This document shows, piece after piece, positions 1-9,032 of a stretch of 64,000 nt of DNA. Below the pieces are notes generated by a model that ran no database searches, was not told the DNA's origin, and worked only from the letters and a program-made list of their open reading frames with translations. A program made the translations under genes and the position numbers. The DNA is from an uncultured archaeon (lineage in GTDB: Archaea > Altiarchaeota > Altiarchaeia > JAFGQM01), in NCBI GenBank assembly GCA_964619365.1, contig CAZUDQ010000001.1:18929-82928 (forward strand), given 5' to 3'. Each line of letters opens with the position of its first letter. Positions within the stretch are counted from its first letter, which is position 1.

Positions 1-438
1 CATCTTCCGGGTAGGTGATCTCAGGAGTTGTCGGGGGCGTCTGGTCTAGTGGTGTGAGATAAAACGTATGAGTGAGATAACACTCCTGAGAAGGATCTAA
101 GGCTTCTTCGTAGAATGTACTGTTTATAATTAAAGGTTCGCTGTCGTAATATCCTTCCTTGGATGCCGTTATGTAATCTTCAACAAACCCCAGCATATCT
201 GATAAAGGGCGCACAATCCTATCAAATACTAGCACGGGCGGAAAGGTGTCCGGATAACCCCCCCTGAATTCTTCGGTTATGTATATGTAACCATCGTCTA
301 GATTCTCATTAATTAATTCTTTATCATTAAATACATTTACAGCACTTATGCAGATGTTGGAACCTTCTGGCATTGGAATTTCTCCGATAACGTTCGATGT
401 CGCAAGGACACAAACAAACAAACAATTAATTTTTCCAT
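1..438 (-). pseudogene. Secreted/surface protein, runs off the left edge; 5' end frameshifted at a (GTTT)3 repeat
   Basis: ATG at 438 (MEKLIVCLFV) behind AAGGGGG stops early. The -1 frame is open from ~480 to base 1 (CVLATSNVIGEIPMPEG...DQTPPTTPEITYPED). An alternative in-frame ATG lies at 373. Confidence 0.5.
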
Positions 439-517
439 CTTTAAGTGTTTCCCCCTTTCGTAAAGACCAAAGATAATAACACTAGTAGTTATTTGAAAAA
501 ACCTATTATAGTCTTAG

Positions 518-535
518 GAGGATAATATTATCCTC
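518..535. promoter_or_regulatory. Perfect 18-bp palindrome GAGGATAATATTATCCTC, candidate operator
   Basis: Read directly in intergenic DNA ~80 bp upstream of the 438 start; an extra half-site GGGATAAT follows at 538-545. Confidence 0.4.
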
Positions 536-587
536 TGGGGATAATAAAATCGCACGTAGTTTAAAGAATCCGTCAATAACGCTAAAT

Positions 588-983
588 CTATCCAAACATG
601 CTTGCAAAGCCTGTTTCTGCAGCTTCCGTATCTTCTTCCTCATTCTCGCGCCGTACTGTTGTCTGGAAACTTGAGGAATGTGAAGGCTGCGTCTGCCATG
701 AACTTGCAGGGGGTGTAGAACTTACGCGTTCTGGAAGACCGAGTTCGCGCTTAAGGCAGTCTGGACACATGAATTTATCAAGGTCTTGGTGGACTACTAA
801 AACTAAGGTTGTGTAAGCTGAAGAACAACCGCAAGAACAGCAAGATCTGGAGCTTGATTCGGTTTCCCGATAAGTCGGAGCTTCCCAGCTGTCCTCTGGA
901 GGTGAGTCTACGCTTAATTGCTCTTTGAACTCCTTGGGGATCATGTATTCAAGGTCTATTAGACCTTTTTGTTTTCTTCCCAT
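588..983 (-). CDS. Hypothetical protein with putative Zn-finger
   Basis: 131-aa ORF with CCSCGC...CPDC motif, flanked by AT-rich intergenic DNA. Confidence 0.55.
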   Translation of the reverse strand: MGRKQKGLIDLEYMIPKEFKEQLSVDSPPEDSWEAPTYRETESSSRSCCSCGCSSAYTTLVLVVHQDLDKFMCPDCLKRELGLPERVSSTPPASSWQTQPSHSSSFQTTVRRENEEEDTEAAETGFASMFG

Positions 984-1042
984 TTTAGGGTTTTTTGGGC
1001 GTAATAATAGGAACTTTGGCGAATATAAACTTATTTAATAAC

Positions 1043-1522
1043 TTATAAGAAAAGCTCCCAGAGTATCCGTATTACTGCAAGTGCGATTAGTACGAAGCCT
1101 ATCATCTTCCCGAATCCTGAAACAAGGACAAGCACCACACCAAGGATAAGAAGAAGTATTGGGGAGAGGTCTATTAGCCACTTTGATATACTATCGACCG
1201 GACCTACGCCAGTCTCTGTCATATTGGCCAGCTTCTCGCCTATCTCTGTTGTATTAAGGCCTTCTGTGAGATTCTTTATGCCGCCGATAAGGTCGTCAAC
1301 GCCTTCGGTTACTTTTGTTGTGTTTATCTCAAGCCCAGCTGTCGTATTGTTTGCAGAAGACTCTTCTTCAGAGTCTGTTTCTTCTGCTTCAAGTTCAATT
1401 AACCCCGAACCCCCGTAATCAGCGGAGTCATCGTCACCATATGTGACAACATCTGCTAAGGATGCTGGAATAACTATTGCAAAACATAGGATAATGGCAA
1501 GAATTCCTAGAGTGGGTTTCAT
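1043..1522 (-). CDS. Hypothetical membrane protein (signal peptide, acidic ectodomain, C-terminal TM hairpin)
   Basis: Hydrophobic N-terminus ending ASLA, several NxT sequons, two C-terminal hydrophobic helices. Confidence 0.75.
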   Translation of the reverse strand: MKPTLGILAIILCFAIVIPASLADVVTYGDDDSADYGGSGLIELEAEETDSEEESSANNTTAGLEINTTKVTEGVDDLIGGIKNLTEGLNTTEIGEKLANMTETGVGPVDSISKWLIDLSPILLLILGVVLVLVSGFGKMIGFVLIALAVIRILWELFL

Positions 1523-1562
1523 TTTTATTAACTTTTAAGCTTCTCGCTAAAAAATAAACGAT

Positions 1563-3179
1563 ATGCCTACAGCAGAATTCGTTACAAAAGACCTCATGGG
1601 GCTTATCGGCAAAAACGTCCCCTTAGAAGAGTTTGAAGAGCGCGCTTCTATGCTTGGAACTAGTGTTGAAGAAGTAAGCGCCCAAAAGGTCGTTATTGAA
1701 GTATTCCCAAACCGACCTGACATGCTTTCTGTTGAAGGCTTTGCAAGGGCCTACCGGACATTTACGGGTCTTGATTCTGGACTCAAAAATTATGAAGTAA
1801 ATGATTCTGATATCACACTCAATGTTGATAGTAAAGTAAAGGAAGTGCGCCCATTTGTAATGGCGGCAATTGTAAAGAATCTGCCAGTTACAGAAAACGT
1901 CCTTTTATCTATTATTGCAATCCAGGAAGCTCTTCATAAGTCCCACGGGCGGCGCAGAAGAAAAGTCGCAATAGGCGTCCATGACTTTGATGCGACAAAG
2001 CCTCCCTATAGCTATTCTGCTTCAAAGCCTAATGACGCTTCGTTTATACCTCTTGATTACTCCGTAGAAATGGATTTGGAAGCAGTCTTAACAAAACATC
2101 CAAAAGGAAAAGATTACGCACATATCCTTGAGGGAAAACCTGTTTATCCGCTTGTTCTTGACCAAGAAGGCATAGTCTCCCTTCCTCCAATAATAAATGC
2201 CGACAGAACGCGCGTAAAAGAAGGCGCATCAAACCTTTTTGTCGAGATGACAGGAACCAACAAACTTGCGCTAAAGCACACTATGGGAATAATTCTTTCC
2301 TCGCTTGCAGACCGCGGCGGAACTATCGTATCAATTAAGGTTGATGGGAAAAGCCTTGATATCTCGCCTGAAATAATGACTCTTGACGTCAGTTATGCAA
2401 ACAAGCTTCTTGGCATTTCTCTTAGTGAAAAGGAAGCCATATCACTTCTCCTAAAGATGGGTTATGACGCTAAAGACGTGGGAAAAGGCAAACTTGATGT
2501 GAGCGTTCCTTGCTACCGTGCTGATGTCCTTGCGCCAATTGACCTCATCGAAGATATCGCAATTGCCTATGGGTATGAGAATTTCGTCCCCGAAGAGCCA
2601 AATATTGCAACAACAGGCGCAGCAGACCCATTGGAGGAAAAGATGGGTGAAGTGCGCGCACTTATGATCGGGCTTGGCTTTAGGGAAGCCTTAAACTTCA
2701 TACTAACAAAACCTGAAACAATTGAATCTGCAGGCAAGATAACTGGCAATCCTGTAAAGATAAAAAACCCGCGGACAGAAGAATTCACCATGGTAAGGAC
2801 ATCTATTATACCGTCTCTTCTTTCAACGCTTGCACTTAATAAGAAAAAGAAGATTCCCCAGAAAATCTTTGAGATTGACAATGTCGTTCCTGGTGAGACA
2901 AACCCTGAGAATAAAAAAATGCTCGGGATAACCTGGCTTGATGCGCATGTTAATTTCTCACAGATGCAGTCTGTTGTAGAGGGTCTTCTCTCCTCAATGG
3001 GCACAACCTATGTGTTAAAAGAAAATGAGCATCCTTCGTTTATTCCCGGCAGGTGCGGCGCCATTACAATAAAGGGTAAGGATATTGGCTACTTTGGAGA
3101 AGTCGCACCAGAGGTATTACGCGCTTTTGGAATAGATTATCCTGTTCTTCTAGCAGAGCTTGCTGTTGTACCTTTATGA
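1563..3179 (+). CDS. pheT: Phenylalanine--tRNA ligase beta subunit (archaeal type)
   Basis: PNRPDMLSVEG, AIGVHD, SLPPIIN, YRADV...DLIEDIAIAYGY and FIPGR motifs. Confidence 0.96.
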   Translation: MPTAEFVTKDLMGLIGKNVPLEEFEERASMLGTSVEEVSAQKVVIEVFPNRPDMLSVEGFARAYRTFTGLDSGLKNYEVNDSDITLNVDSKVKEVRPFVMAAIVKNLPVTENVLLSIIAIQEALHKSHGRRRRKVAIGVHDFDATKPPYSYSASKPNDASFIPLDYSVEMDLEAVLTKHPKGKDYAHILEGKPVYPLVLDQEGIVSLPPIINADRTRVKEGASNLFVEMTGTNKLALKHTMGIILSSLADRGGTIVSIKVDGKSLDISPEIMTLDVSYANKLLGISLSEKEAISLLLKMGYDAKDVGKGKLDVSVPCYRADVLAPIDLIEDIAIAYGYENFVPEEPNIATTGAADPLEEKMGEVRALMIGLGFREALNFILTKPETIESAGKITGNPVKIKNPRTEEFTMVRTSIIPSLLSTLALNKKKKIPQKIFEIDNVVPGETNPENKKMLGITWLDAHVNFSQMQSVVEGLLSSMGTTYVLKENEHPSFIPGRCGAITIKGKDIGYFGEVAPEVLRAFGIDYPVLLAELAVVPL

Positions 3180-3181
3180 TT

Positions 3182-3910
3182 TTAACTCAGTCTAACGCCT
3201 TTCTTTTCACACAAATCAAGTAGCGGGCACTCTGTGCAGGAAGGATTTTTCTTTTTGCAGTGGCGTTTTGCGTGTTCGACAAGAAGTGCATGGGCTTCTT
3301 GTAAAATCTTTGTATTCCGGGTTAGTTCTTTTTGAGAAATCTCTTTAATTTCATCATAACTTGCCTCGGATTTTATTGCTCCAAGTCTAGAATAAATTCT
3401 TTTTGTGTAGGCATCAACGACAAACTCCGGCTGCGAGTATGCATAAAGAAGAATGGAATCGGCTGTTTCTGGCCCAACACCATTTAGCTTAAGGAGTTCG
3501 CTTCTCTTTGGAATCCTCCCGTTAAGCCCTGTAAAAAATTCTGCAATGAGCTTTAAGCGCTCGGCTTTCTGGTTAAAGTATCCTGCCGGGCGAATTGCCT
3601 TGCCAATCTCTTCTTTTGGGGTGGATGTAATTGCCTTTGGGGAAAGAATATCCTTTTCTTTAAGCGCGATAAGAGCTTTTTCAACAGAAGGCCACGCGGT
3701 ATTCTGCGTCAGGATTGCCCCACAGATTATTTCAAATCGCTCGTTTTCTGTTTTAGGGTAAGAGTAATCGCCGGGGTGATATCCGTTAAGTGATCCAGTC
3801 TTTGTGGGATTTTTGCCAGAACTGCTGTGGAGACTCAAAAGCGGCCACCATCCCTGCAATTCGTATTCTTTTAGGAGACTTTTTTGGGTAAGTGCTATTT
3901 TTTTACTCAT
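3182..3910 (-). CDS. Endonuclease III-related HhH-GPD DNA glycosylase
   Basis: GAILTQNTAW, HhH LNGVGPETADSILLY, VVDAY and C-terminal Cx7Cx2Cx5C Fe-S motif. Start reassigned to ATG 3910. Confidence 0.9.
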   Translation of the reverse strand: MSKKIALTQKSLLKEYELQGWWPLLSLHSSSGKNPTKTGSLNGYHPGDYSYPKTENERFEIICGAILTQNTAWPSVEKALIALKEKDILSPKAITSTPKEEIGKAIRPAGYFNQKAERLKLIAEFFTGLNGRIPKRSELLKLNGVGPETADSILLYAYSQPEFVVDAYTKRIYSRLGAIKSEASYDEIKEISQKELTRNTKILQEAHALLVEHAKRHCKKKNPSCTECPLLDLCEKKGVRLS

Positions 3911-3926
3911 TATTAAAATTATAGCG

Positions 3927-4766
3927 ATGAAGAATAAGAAAAAGCCTTTTAGAAAAAAGACTGCCAGTGAAGTCGGACAGCTGGCGCGGCTTGCATGCGA
4001 TCTTGAGGTCCATGCCGAAAAACCAGGGAACGTGACTCCCACTTACTTTTTCTCCGACCTTACTGTTGCGGATTTCCTTGAATCATCAAGAATTCTCGAA
4101 CCTATCGTAAAACGAGCAGTAGAACTTGGTCCCGACGCACCAGTCTGCTCACTCATTGAAGAGGCAATGCGGGAAGGGAAATCAAATGCGAACTTTGGAA
4201 TACTTCTTTTGATAATACCTCTTGCAGCGGCCCGCGGAGAAAGTACACAGGACATTATAAGAAATCTTGACACGGGGGAAACAAAATCCCTTGTCCGCGC
4301 AATGAGGAAAGCGTCCCTTGGAGGCGTAAAGGAAACTAAACCTCCAAAAGATCTGTCAAGATATGACGTGTTCTCTAAAGGCTTTTTTGATGTTGTAGAT
4401 GAGGAGAAGATAACCCCGTTTAGACTCATGGAACTCTCCGTTCCATATGACTCTCTTGCCCATGAATGGATTTTTGACTTCCCGATATCCCGGAACATTG
4501 CAAACAACATAAACCCGCGCAATGAGGAATCTGTGGTGGATGAATTTTTAAGAGTTCTTGCCTCCCGTCCAGACACGCTAATTGCAAGGAAAGTTGGCCT
4601 TAAGCGCGCAGAAGAAATCTCAGGTATGGCAACGAGTGTTATCAACGGCGACTTGGAAATCTCTGAACTTGACATATATCTTCGCTCGGAAGGAAATCTC
4701 CTTAACCCAGGAACAACCGCAGACCTTATTGCTGCAGGACTCTTCCTTAACCTCTTTTATGATTAA
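3927..4766 (+). CDS. citG: CitG-family triphosphoribosyl-dephospho-CoA synthase-like protein (archaeal)
   Basis: LEV..KPGNV, NFGILLL..PL, PDTLIARKVG and LNPGTTADL motifs. Start reassigned to ATG 3927. Confidence 0.88.
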   Translation: MKNKKKPFRKKTASEVGQLARLACDLEVHAEKPGNVTPTYFFSDLTVADFLESSRILEPIVKRAVELGPDAPVCSLIEEAMREGKSNANFGILLLIIPLAAARGESTQDIIRNLDTGETKSLVRAMRKASLGGVKETKPPKDLSRYDVFSKGFFDVVDEEKITPFRLMELSVPYDSLAHEWIFDFPISRNIANNINPRNEESVVDEFLRVLASRPDTLIARKVGLKRAEEISGMATSVINGDLEISELDIYLRSEGNLLNPGTTADLIAAGLFLNLFYD

Positions 4767-4771
4767 ACAAA

Positions 4772-5185
4772 ATGGGATGTCTAACTCTTTATACTGATGG
4801 CGGCGCTAGGGGAAACCCGGGCCCATCCGCGTACGGTTTTTTGATATATGATGGAGACCGCCTGCTCTACAAAGAAGGAAAGGCTATTGGTGATGCTACA
4901 AATAACACAGCAGAATATTCTGCGATTATTGCAGGTCTAAAAAAGGCGCGGGAATTCGGAGAAAAGATAAAGGTTTCCTCGGACAGTGAGCTTGTAGTGC
5001 GACAGTTAAAGGGACAGTATAAGGTCAAAAAGCCGCACTTAAAGGAGCTTTACAAAAAAGCAAAGGAGGCTGAATCAACATTTAAAGAGGTTAATTACAT
5101 CCACCGCAGGCGTGAATTTCCTGGTCAAAAAGAAGCCGATGCCCTTGTCAATGAGGCTCTTGACAACAGCACCCAAACTCGTTAA
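4772..5185 (+). CDS. rnhA: Ribonuclease HI
   Basis: YTDGGARGNPG, TNNTAEY, SDSELVVRQ and ADALVN motifs. Confidence 0.95.
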   Translation: MGCLTLYTDGGARGNPGPSAYGFLIYDGDRLLYKEGKAIGDATNNTAEYSAIIAGLKKAREFGEKIKVSSDSELVVRQLKGQYKVKKPHLKELYKKAKEAESTFKEVNYIHRRREFPGQKEADALVNEALDNSTQTR

Positions 5186-5187
5186 AT

Positions 5188-6552
5188 CTAAATACAAGAA
5201 GCTATTTCCTCTTCAAGACGTGCCATTAGTTCGTCTGCATCTTTTTCAGTCTTGCCTTCGGCCGTTATCCTAATCATCGGTTGAGTGTTTGATGCGCGCG
5301 CAAGAGTCCATCCATTCTCATAATTGACTTTAACGCCATCAATTGTAAGGGGTTTTCTGTCACTTGAGAGTTTTGCAAGCGCGTCAATTACGCCAAATTT
5401 CTTCTCATCAGTTACTGTTAGCTTCTTTCTTTTGACCGGATACTTGGGAACGCCCTCAAGATTTTCTGCAAAAGTCCCCCTTAATTCTGAAACAATCTGG
5501 GCCATGAAGGCTGATACCGCTATTCCGTCATCAAAGTGAAAATATTTAGGAACTACAAAATGACTTGAAGACTCCATTGCAAAAACAGCGCCGTCTTTAA
5601 CGGCCTTTGCAAGGAAAACATCCCCTACCCGAATACGCCTTACAGTTCCACCTTCGGCTTTGGCCGCTTCTTCAACACTCATTGAGCAGTCAACATTAAG
5701 TGCCACTTCTCCTTTTTCCTCCGCAAGGATTTCGCGCACCATTAAGGCTCCGACTTCTTCAGCGCTTGCAACACGTCCTTTGTTATCAACAAAAACCGCG
5801 CGGTCGGCATCACCGTCATAAGCCACTCCGATATCTGCACCCATCTTAATGACTTCCCCACTTAAACCTTTAAGCGTCTCTTCTGTGGGGTTGGCGCTAC
5901 GTCCTGGAAAATCCCCGTCAGGAGTATCATTAATAGTTGTCACACTGCAACCAATCGAGGCAAAAAGCGGGATACAGTATCCACACGCGGCACCGTTTCC
6001 GGGGTCGACAACAACTTTAAGGGGCTTTTGTAAATTTGTCTTTGAAATAATTTCGTCAAGATACTCCTCTTTGACAGTTTCTGCATCAATTTCTAAGTGA
6101 GTGCCCTCTTTTGCTTGCTCGATAAAGGCAGATTTCTCCCAGATAGCTTTTAGTTCAGGAATGCACTCTGGATAACCTTCGCCGTCACCTTTCCTAAAGC
6201 GTATTCCGTTGTATTCAGGGGGATTGTGCGATGCTGATATTATGACACCTGCGCATGCAGATTTCTTTTCACACCAATAGTTTACAACCGGTGTTGGCGC
6301 CATCCCGATTGAAATCGTGTCAAGCCCGCATTTCCTTAAGCCTTTTGCAAGAGCCGCTTCCAGTTCGGGTCCTCCGTGGCGTGCGTCTGTTCCCAAGACG
6401 ACTTTTGCGCCCTCTGGTACCTTGTCTTTTTGCCGAAGATATGTGCCAAAGGAAAGCCCCATCCCAAGAGCAAAATCCTCACTAATCTCTTTTTGGTAAA
6501 TTCCCCTTAAGTCATAAGCACGAAATACGTTATCAAGTGACATTTTTTTCAT
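5188..6552 (-). CDS. Phosphomannomutase/phosphoglucomutase family
   Basis: FRAYDLRG, ISASHNP (phosphoserine), DGDADR, RASNTQP. Start may be 6543. Confidence 0.93.
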   Translation of the reverse strand: MKKMSLDNVFRAYDLRGIYQKEISEDFALGMGLSFGTYLRQKDKVPEGAKVVLGTDARHGGPELEAALAKGLRKCGLDTISIGMAPTPVVNYWCEKKSACAGVIISASHNPPEYNGIRFRKGDGEGYPECIPELKAIWEKSAFIEQAKEGTHLEIDAETVKEEYLDEIISKTNLQKPLKVVVDPGNGAACGYCIPLFASIGCSVTTINDTPDGDFPGRSANPTEETLKGLSGEVIKMGADIGVAYDGDADRAVFVDNKGRVASAEEVGALMVREILAEEKGEVALNVDCSMSVEEAAKAEGGTVRRIRVGDVFLAKAVKDGAVFAMESSSHFVVPKYFHFDDGIAVSAFMAQIVSELRGTFAENLEGVPKYPVKRKKLTVTDEKKFGVIDALAKLSSDRKPLTIDGVKVNYENGWTLARASNTQPMIRITAEGKTEKDADELMARLEEEIASCI

Positions 6553-6619
6553 TAAAGCCTTCTTTGCTAATTTTAATCTCGCGCCTAATAAACTTAAAAG
6601 AAAAATAATTCAAGAGACG

Positions 6620-7465
6620 ATGCCAATTCTTAAAGTCGCAACATTTGGACCCAAAGGGACATTTACTGATGAAGCTGCAGGAAAGGTATTTCCGGGTGCT
6701 GGTGTTGCTTTTGGCTATTCGGACATAAGCGGGGTCTTTGAAGAAATCGCGAAAGGAAAAGCTACTTTTGGCGTTGTCCCAATAGAGAATTCGACTGAAG
6801 GGAGCGTGAGTGAGACACTTGAATGCCTGAGAAATTACGATGTGGAGATTGTGGGTGAAGTGTTCCTTCCCATTCGCCAGGTTCTGGCAGGAACCGGAAA
6901 ACTTTCTGATGTAAAGAGCATAAGAAGCCACCCACAGGCAATCGCACAGTGCTCAGGAAAACTTAAGATTGTGGGAAAACTTCCAAAGATAATAACAAAG
7001 ATTCCAAGCGGTGCAGACTATTCTACGGCGGGAGCCATGGAAAGTGTCGCCAAAGCAAAAGACCCGTCAATTGCCGCGATAGGTTCGCGCGCGGCAGCAG
7101 AGAAATACGGCTTGAAAATCCTTGTTGACGACCTCTCGGATATGGAAAATAACGAGACACGCTTTTTTGTAATCTCAAAAGGCCGGAAACTTAATTCTGG
7201 GGTCAGGAAGAAAACAAGCATGATTGTCGGCCTAAAGAACAAACCAGGGAGCCTTTATGAGTTCCTCGGCGTCTTTGCAAAAGCTGGAATAAACTTGAGT
7301 AAAATCGAGTCGCGCCCCAGTAAAAAAGAAAAATGGTCTTATGTATTCCTCGTTGATTTTGAAGGCTCTTTTGATGATAAGAAGGTTCAGGAGGCACTTG
7401 ATTCTGCAAATAAGTTCACGACATACTTTAAGGTCTTTGGCAGCTATCCTTCTGGTAAAAACTAA
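6620..7465 (+). CDS. pheA: Prephenate dehydratase
   Basis: GPKGTF, VPIENSTEG, SHPQA, NETRF and ACT domain IESRP. Confidence 0.95.
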   Translation: MPILKVATFGPKGTFTDEAAGKVFPGAGVAFGYSDISGVFEEIAKGKATFGVVPIENSTEGSVSETLECLRNYDVEIVGEVFLPIRQVLAGTGKLSDVKSIRSHPQAIAQCSGKLKIVGKLPKIITKIPSGADYSTAGAMESVAKAKDPSIAAIGSRAAAEKYGLKILVDDLSDMENNETRFFVISKGRKLNSGVRKKTSMIVGLKNKPGSLYEFLGVFAKAGINLSKIESRPSKKEKWSYVFLVDFEGSFDDKKVQEALDSANKFTTYFKVFGSYPSGKN

Positions 7466-8059
7466 ATGGACCTTGGGGAGAGCGCATCAGCCTTAATGCC
7501 CGACTTATCAAGTTTTGGAGGATGGACTTTTTTCTTTGGAATAATACTTCTTTCAAGTGCGACGCCCTTTCCACTCTTTGCAACAGAAGCAATCGTTGCA
7601 TGGGCAGGAACGCAAGCCCCCTGGTTTCTTGTGGGAATAGTTGCAGGATTTGCAGGGGCAATCGGCGAACTTACAACTTATGTCATAGGTTATGGTAGCG
7701 AAAAGCTAATAGCTAAAAAGAAACATGAGGGCAGCCGGTTTCATAAAGCTGAATCAATATTTGACAAATGGGGATTTGTCTCTGTTATCATATTCGCATT
7801 TACCCCCCTCCCAATGGATTTAATGGGGCTTGTCGGAGGTGTCTTACACTATGACATAAAAAGGTTCTTTTTGGCAACCCTTATCGGTAAAATCCCAAGA
7901 TTCATGATAATTGCCTTTGCGGGGGCGAGTATCGGTGCTGCAATAGAGAACGGTGACTTGTCCTTAGAAAAAATACTTAGCGTCTCTGCAATAATCGCTT
8001 TTGTGGCTCTTATAGGATACCTCATCTACGCATCAAAAAAGAAGAAATCTTCAGTCTAA
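7466..8059 (+). CDS. DedA/VTT (YqaA-like) membrane protein
   Basis: GAIGELTTYVIG, FTPLPMD, GKIPRF and multiple TM helices. Confidence 0.88.
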   Translation: MDLGESASALMPDLSSFGGWTFFFGIILLSSATPFPLFATEAIVAWAGTQAPWFLVGIVAGFAGAIGELTTYVIGYGSEKLIAKKKHEGSRFHKAESIFDKWGFVSVIIFAFTPLPMDLMGLVGGVLHYDIKRFFLATLIGKIPRFMIIAFAGASIGAAIENGDLSLEKILSVSAIIAFVALIGYLIYASKKKKSSV

Positions 8060-8530
8060 AAGGACTCTAGTCTTTTTAAAATCCGTCGAGCCGCAGACTT
8101 CGCACTCTGAAATATCACAATTGTATTTTTTCTTGCATGCGTTGCACTGGGTCACCCAGGAATATGCATTTGTTATGCCTTTTAGGATTACTTTCTCGTA
8201 GGGCATCTCAAGAATCTTGCATGCATTTTGGATATCGTAATCATCAGTGACAATCGGGACTTTTTCTTCAAACCCAAGGGCAATAACTGATATGTCAGAA
8301 TCCGAAAGAAGGGAAAGAACGCCTTTTTGCCTGAGTTGTTCGCATACAGTTTCAAGGGCTCTGTCCGAAGGCTCTTTTAACTTTAGCTCCCCTGCCTCCT
8401 TTGCAACTTCAAATTTTATTTTAGACTGTGTGTCTTTTAGCTCCTTTGCAATCTGGGGTGTTGTTAAGAATTCTCCTGAAAGGACCTTTTCGCGTGCGTT
8501 GATTATTCCTGATGCGTCAAGTACTTTCAT
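8051..8530 (-). CDS. nob1: Nob1 endoribonuclease (PIN + Zn ribbon)
   Basis: VLDASG, LSDSD, TDDYDIQN and CxxC...CxxCG. Confidence 0.9.
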   Translation of the reverse strand: MKVLDASGIINAREKVLSGEFLTTPQIAKELKDTQSKIKFEVAKEAGELKLKEPSDRALETVCEQLRQKGVLSLLSDSDISVIALGFEEKVPIVTDDYDIQNACKILEMPYEKVILKGITNAYSWVTQCNACKKKYNCDISECEVCGSTDFKKTRVLLD

Positions 8531-9009
8531 TTAGAATCCTCCGTTGCAAAAGCGAGTGCCTCCTCTGGTGTCTTTGCGACAAAGAATTCAAAGGGAAGTT
8601 TTTTCATGGCATCTGCTGTTCCTCCAGAGCCGTCAAGCACGATAAGCTTCTTTTGATAGTTTAAGGCAAATGCGCACTCTGAAAGCGTGCCATATGACCC
8701 ACCTATTGCAATAAGGGCGTCGCATGCCGAGGCAATGAGTATGTTTCTTCCAAAGCCCATTGATGTTGGAAGCGCAATATCTACAAACTCGTTTGCCTGG
8801 CTCTTATCAAGACTTGGGAGAATCGCGACAACGACCCCACCTTCTTTTTTTGCACCGCGCGATGCTGCCTCCATTATCCCATCAAGACCGCCTGTTATAA
8901 GCACTGCACCTTTTTTTGCAATTAGAGCTCCGGTTTTTTCTGCAAGAAGAGTCTGCTTCTTTGTTGCAAGGTGTCCACCTATCACACCAATATTCAGCTT
9001 TACTGCCAT
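8527..9009 (-). CDS. LOG family protein (TIGR00725-like) nucleotide phosphoribohydrolase
   Basis: TGGLDGIMEA, RN, IGGSYGTLSE motifs. Confidence 0.9.
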   Translation of the reverse strand: MAVKLNIGVIGGHLATKKQTLLAEKTGALIAKKGAVLITGGLDGIMEAASRGAKKEGGVVVAILPSLDKSQANEFVDIALPTSMGFGRNILIASACDALIAIGGSYGTLSECAFALNYQKKLIVLDGSGGTADAMKKLPFEFFVAKTPEEALAFATEDSK

Positions 9010-9032
9010 TTCTATTATTTGATGTCTTACTC

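Noticed and set aside
3804-4042. Long mutual overlap of the 286-aa and 320-aa ORFs in the track
   Set aside because: Artefact of upstream GTG starts; homology begins after ATG 3910 and ATG 3927.
4043-4675. 210-aa antisense ORF, and similar shadows such as 28592-29266, 16783-17268 and 60538-61011
   Set aside because: They lie opposite well-supported genes and have Ser/Phe/Ile-rich shadow composition with no motifs.
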